The translations under genes were made by a program, and so were the position numbers. 64,000 bases of DNA from Catajapyx aquilonaris (taxonomy: Eukaryota), in the NCBI GenBank assembly GCA_000934665.2, contig KZ537969.1:186001-250000 (forward strand), given 5' to 3'. This document shows positions 60,636 to 64,000 of the stretch, one piece after another. The notes beneath the pieces are model-generated. The model made no database searches, was not told the origin of the DNA, and was given only the letters and a program-made list of their open reading frames with translations. The first letter of the stretch is position 1; each line of letters begins with the position of its first letter.

Positions 60636-62590
60636 ATGCAGCGGTTCATCAGCACGCTATGCACCTTGGCCAGAGGTAATTTCAGGCTCGGAGTTAAATT
60701 TTTTGGCAAATAGTAAAAAGAAAGAAATCAACATAACCAAGATGTGACAACATAAATTTTCATATGACTGAAGGGCATATTTTAAATTTCGAAAAAGAGG
60801 AGAAAAATAACAAAAGATGTGACAATGTTAAGTACGAGTAGTAAAAAAAATATTGATAGGAAAAATCACTAAAAATAATCACAATAATTTTCATTGGCTG
60901 AAGCCCACGTTTTTAAATAGAAAAAATATATATATCGGTGGTAAAGATTTATCAAAATAACAAGAGTGATTGTTGATAGTTGCAGGGATAAGACCTTCTC
61001 GGCAGTGCTCCGATTTGACACACCATTTTGAAGAGGGGAATACAGGATCCCAGAAGAGCGAGGGATGCTTCGTTAGCCATGTCGTTTCATGTGTGAAGAA
61101 GTTTGATTATGGAGCGTGTCTGACTGGCAGGGTGCTTGCTGCGAGCAGTGGCAATGAGAATGAGGGGGATGGGAAGGGGGAAGACAAGTTCAGGAAGAAG
61201 ACTGAGGAATTTAGATTGCCACCACCATGCTTCTCCTTTTTAGATGCACTTGGATGTGTGAGTACTTGATATTTTCATAATAATACGTAATTAATTATTG
61301 CAGTTTCATTTGTATTTAGCACTGATTTTTGTAGAAAATTAACATTAACTTAAATCCGTATTTTCCAGAGTGCAAGCATAGTACTTGGATACCACCTTGT
61401 TCAACCGTTGCGAACACGTCGCAACAACAACGAAAACGATGCAGTTAGCAATAAGAGCTCAAAGACTAGTCATGAACTGTCCCGCATTTTATGGCGCCTT
61501 CTTGTAAGCCAGTCTTCAGGAGCACGCCTTCAAATATTGCCAAATGTAGCAGCGCATACCACGAAAGCTGCGAGCGAAGAGAGTTGTGAAGAAAGCTTAG
61601 GTTCAAGTTGGGACAGTGACTGCGAGAGCCAGAGTGAGAGCGACTTTAGCTGTGATGACGAAGCGAATGAGGAGCTGGAAAATGCCGTGGCGAGGCTGAC
61701 TGAATCGCACAGTGACTTGATTTGCGCTGCACACCTTAAAGACGGGGTAGCTCTAATGGCTAGGAAGGAAACGCAATCACATGGATTTAACTCTCTGCTA
61801 AGAGCATCCGAGTTGGACAGTCCCACAGCGCATTTTAATGTCGGCTTGTGCTATCAGCTTGGCAAGGGCACCACGGCCAACGCAGCCAAGGCGGTGCAAT
61901 ACTATGAGAAGGCGGCTGCCAAGGGCCACAGCACCGCTATGTACAACCTTGCCGTAATGCTGCTGCAGGGAAGGGGAGGGCTTCCGGTGGACACCACTCG
62001 GGGAATGGGGCTCTTGAGGCAGGCATCAATCATGGGACAAAAGGACGCCATGCAAGCAGTCGCTGCCTACCAGGAAGGTGCGTGAAATTTTATGATCTGT
62101 GTGTTAACCGGTTGCCATGGTGATAGTTGCCATGGAGACCCACTGCCATGGCAACCAAACCGGAACAAACAAACAAACTTTGCCTTTTTATAATGATAGA
62201 GATTTGTAGATTCGTTCCTACAGTCATTGTCATGGGTCCAATATTATTATGGCAAATTTTTTAAATGAAGTTGCTTCATTGGAGTGCTTTGGCATAATAA
62301 TAACTCTTAAAAAAAATTGTGATTTGTTTTCAGAGCCACCGGTGATGTCTGGTAAAGCGTCTGCCAGTCGTCCTTGGGATGATGACAGGCACAGAGAGCA
62401 CATTTTGATGCGTGCCCTTGGCTACCTGGCTTTGGCAGACGTGAAATCGGGGAACAACAGCTGCCTCCGCCAGAGCTCCTCGACTCCATCTTTGGGAGAA
62501 GGCCTCGTGACCCTAGAAGCTCCTCTTATGACCTCGTTTTCAGAGCTAAGTCTTCAGGACGGTGCTTCCGGAGTTAGGATGACTTCCTAA
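60636..62590 (+). CDS. DELE1: DELE1-like mitochondrial SEL1/TPR-repeat protein, about 425 aa; exons 60636-60675, 60986-61257, 61369-62077, 62334-62590
   Basis: Presequence-like MQRFISTLCTLARGIRPSR, hydrophobic LDALGCSASIVLGYHL segment, and SEL1 repeats (AHFNVGLCYQLGKGT..AVQYYEKAAAKGHSTAMYNLAVMLLQGRGGL..GMGLLRQASIMGQKDA). Phase-consistent (1278 nt). Confidence 0.72.
62108..62202 (-). mobile_element. Truncated non-autonomous Helitron-like 5' end carrying three X-box-like subrepeats
   Basis: Minus strand reads A|TCTCTATCATTATAAAAAGGCAAAGTTTGTTTGTTTG, resembling insect Helitron 5' termini. No CTAG 3' end was found. Confidence 0.45.
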
Positions 62591-63111
62591 ATATTAAAGA
62601 AAATGGGGGGGAAAAAAAAAAAAAAAAGTTTGACTACGGTCAAGTACACCAGTACCTTTGTGTTAGTATTAAGAATGTGAATGCATGGCATTGTTCACAT
62701 ATAATCATGTTACGCCACTTATGTTATAGTCAAACTATAATGTGTATTTGTACCGGTAATAAACTCGAGAAAATTATGCGGTGTTTGCAGTGTACTGGAA
62801 TATGGAATAGTTTATTTGTAGCTGGTCTTTTAATAAGCGTTACTGATGGATGCGGGGCGGCACTTGTGATAAAATCATACACAAGTGTCCAGTGCCATAC
62901 GCAAAAAATTTTTTTCTATACATTTTATTTTGCGTTCTATTTCTTTGAACTGGTACACTGTTGCCAACATGTCAGCCAAGTTGGCAACACTGTTTAGTTT
63001 GGACGCAGCCGGCAGTTGCCTAATTCGTATGCGCCCCTTCGTCTTTCGCGCCACCGGCATTGTTCTGTTGTCCATTTTGACCTCCGTTTGCGGTCAGTGC
63101 AGGGGTCAAAG

Positions 63112-64000
63112 ATGAGCCTTTGGGTGGACAAGCATCGGCCCACCTCTCTGGCCAAGCTGGACTACCACAAGACCCAGGCGGCCTACCTCAAGCAGCTGGT
63201 ACGGATGTGAAAGGTTAGGTTGTGATTGCGACGACAACAGTTCTTGTTTTTGTTCTTTCAGGTTCAGCAGGGCGACTTCCCACATTTGATGGTGTATGGT
63301 CCATCAGGAGCAGGGAAGAAGACCAGGGTCATGTGCCTACTCAGGGAACTGTATGGACCTGGAGTTGAGAAGCTCAGGATTGAGCACCAGGAGTTTCAGG
63401 TATAGCCGTCCGCTGAGATGAGTATTCTAGGAGAAAGGTCGCAGACCTGAAGCTCAAAATAGCCTCCAAGACAGGCACCCGCTACCTCTTCCTCACGACC
63501 ACTTCGCTCATGGTTCGCTTGACTCGCTTGGAGGCTATTTTTGAGCTTCAGGTCTGCTACCTCCTGGAAGTAACTACACATTATTGCTCTACTACATGAA
63601 CGCTTATATCACGAGATGTTGTGGCTTGTTTGTAATGTTTTTTGCGATGGGGAAATTTCAGACGCCATCAAAAAAAAAACTGGAAGTAGTGACTGTTGCT
63701 AGCAACTACCACATTGAAGTCAATCCAAGTGATGTGGGAATATACGATCGGGTTGTAGTACAAGAGCTTATTAAAATGGTGGCGCAGACTCAGCAATTGG
63801 ATGTAGGCGGACAGCGTGACTTTAAAGGTTAGTCTTTAAAATTATTTAAAGAGATGCAAGGTGATAACGATGTTGTCTGTTAGTTATCGTGTTGACAGAG
63901 GTGGACAAACTGACCAAGGAAGCCCAGCACGCACTGCGTCGCACGATGGAGAAGTACATGCGTACATGCCGCATTGTCCTGGTGACGACATCGACCTCAA
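63112..64000 (+). CDS. RFC3: Replication factor C subunit 3 (partial, runs off the window); exons 63112-63198, 63262-63399, 63662-63827, 63884->64000
   Basis: [84 protein letters not shown]. Confidence 0.96.
63436..63562. mobile_element. Family A hairpin/MITE unit in RFC3 intron 2
   Basis: aggtcgcagacctgaagctcaaaatagcctccaag ... cttggaggctatttttgagcttcaggtctgctacct. Same arms as the ING intron-1 copies, with a different centre. Confidence 0.85.

Noticed and set aside
1..64000. tRNA, rRNA, snRNA, SRP and conserved miRNA genes
   Set aside because: No hallmark sequences recognised by eye. An Infernal/tRNAscan run is needed to exclude them fully.

Overview
Eukaryotic genomic DNA, most likely from an arthropod with a compact genome (most introns 55-100 nt, mainly GT-AG; one assembly gap at 14984-15204). 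I assembled ten spliced genes by hand: the last exon of an SDR oxidoreductase (+), ING1/2 (-), Jupiter/JPT microtubule-associated protein with alternative first exons (+), a 23-coding-exon inverted formin of the form3/INF2/FHDC1 type (-), DPH3 (+), an intronless POLR3G/RPC7 (+), a UDP-glycosyltransferase (+), an F-box/LRR protein (-), a DELE1-like SEL1-repeat protein (+) and the 5' part of RFC3 (+). Non-coding features are several hairpin/MITE-like elements, a recurrent NRF1-like plus CTCF-like module, two long palindromes, and a LINE remnant and a Helitron-like fragment. The most striking structure is the DPH3-POLR3G pair. The POLR3G ATG lies only 16 nt after the DPH3 stop, in the same apparent exon, with no promoter or poly(A) signal between them, which suggests a dicistronic mRNA linking two tRNA-biogenesis factors. 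The DPH3 stop also overlaps a branch-point-like CTAAC ahead of an AG|ATG. All calls come from manual reading and recalled family motifs; no database searches were run.
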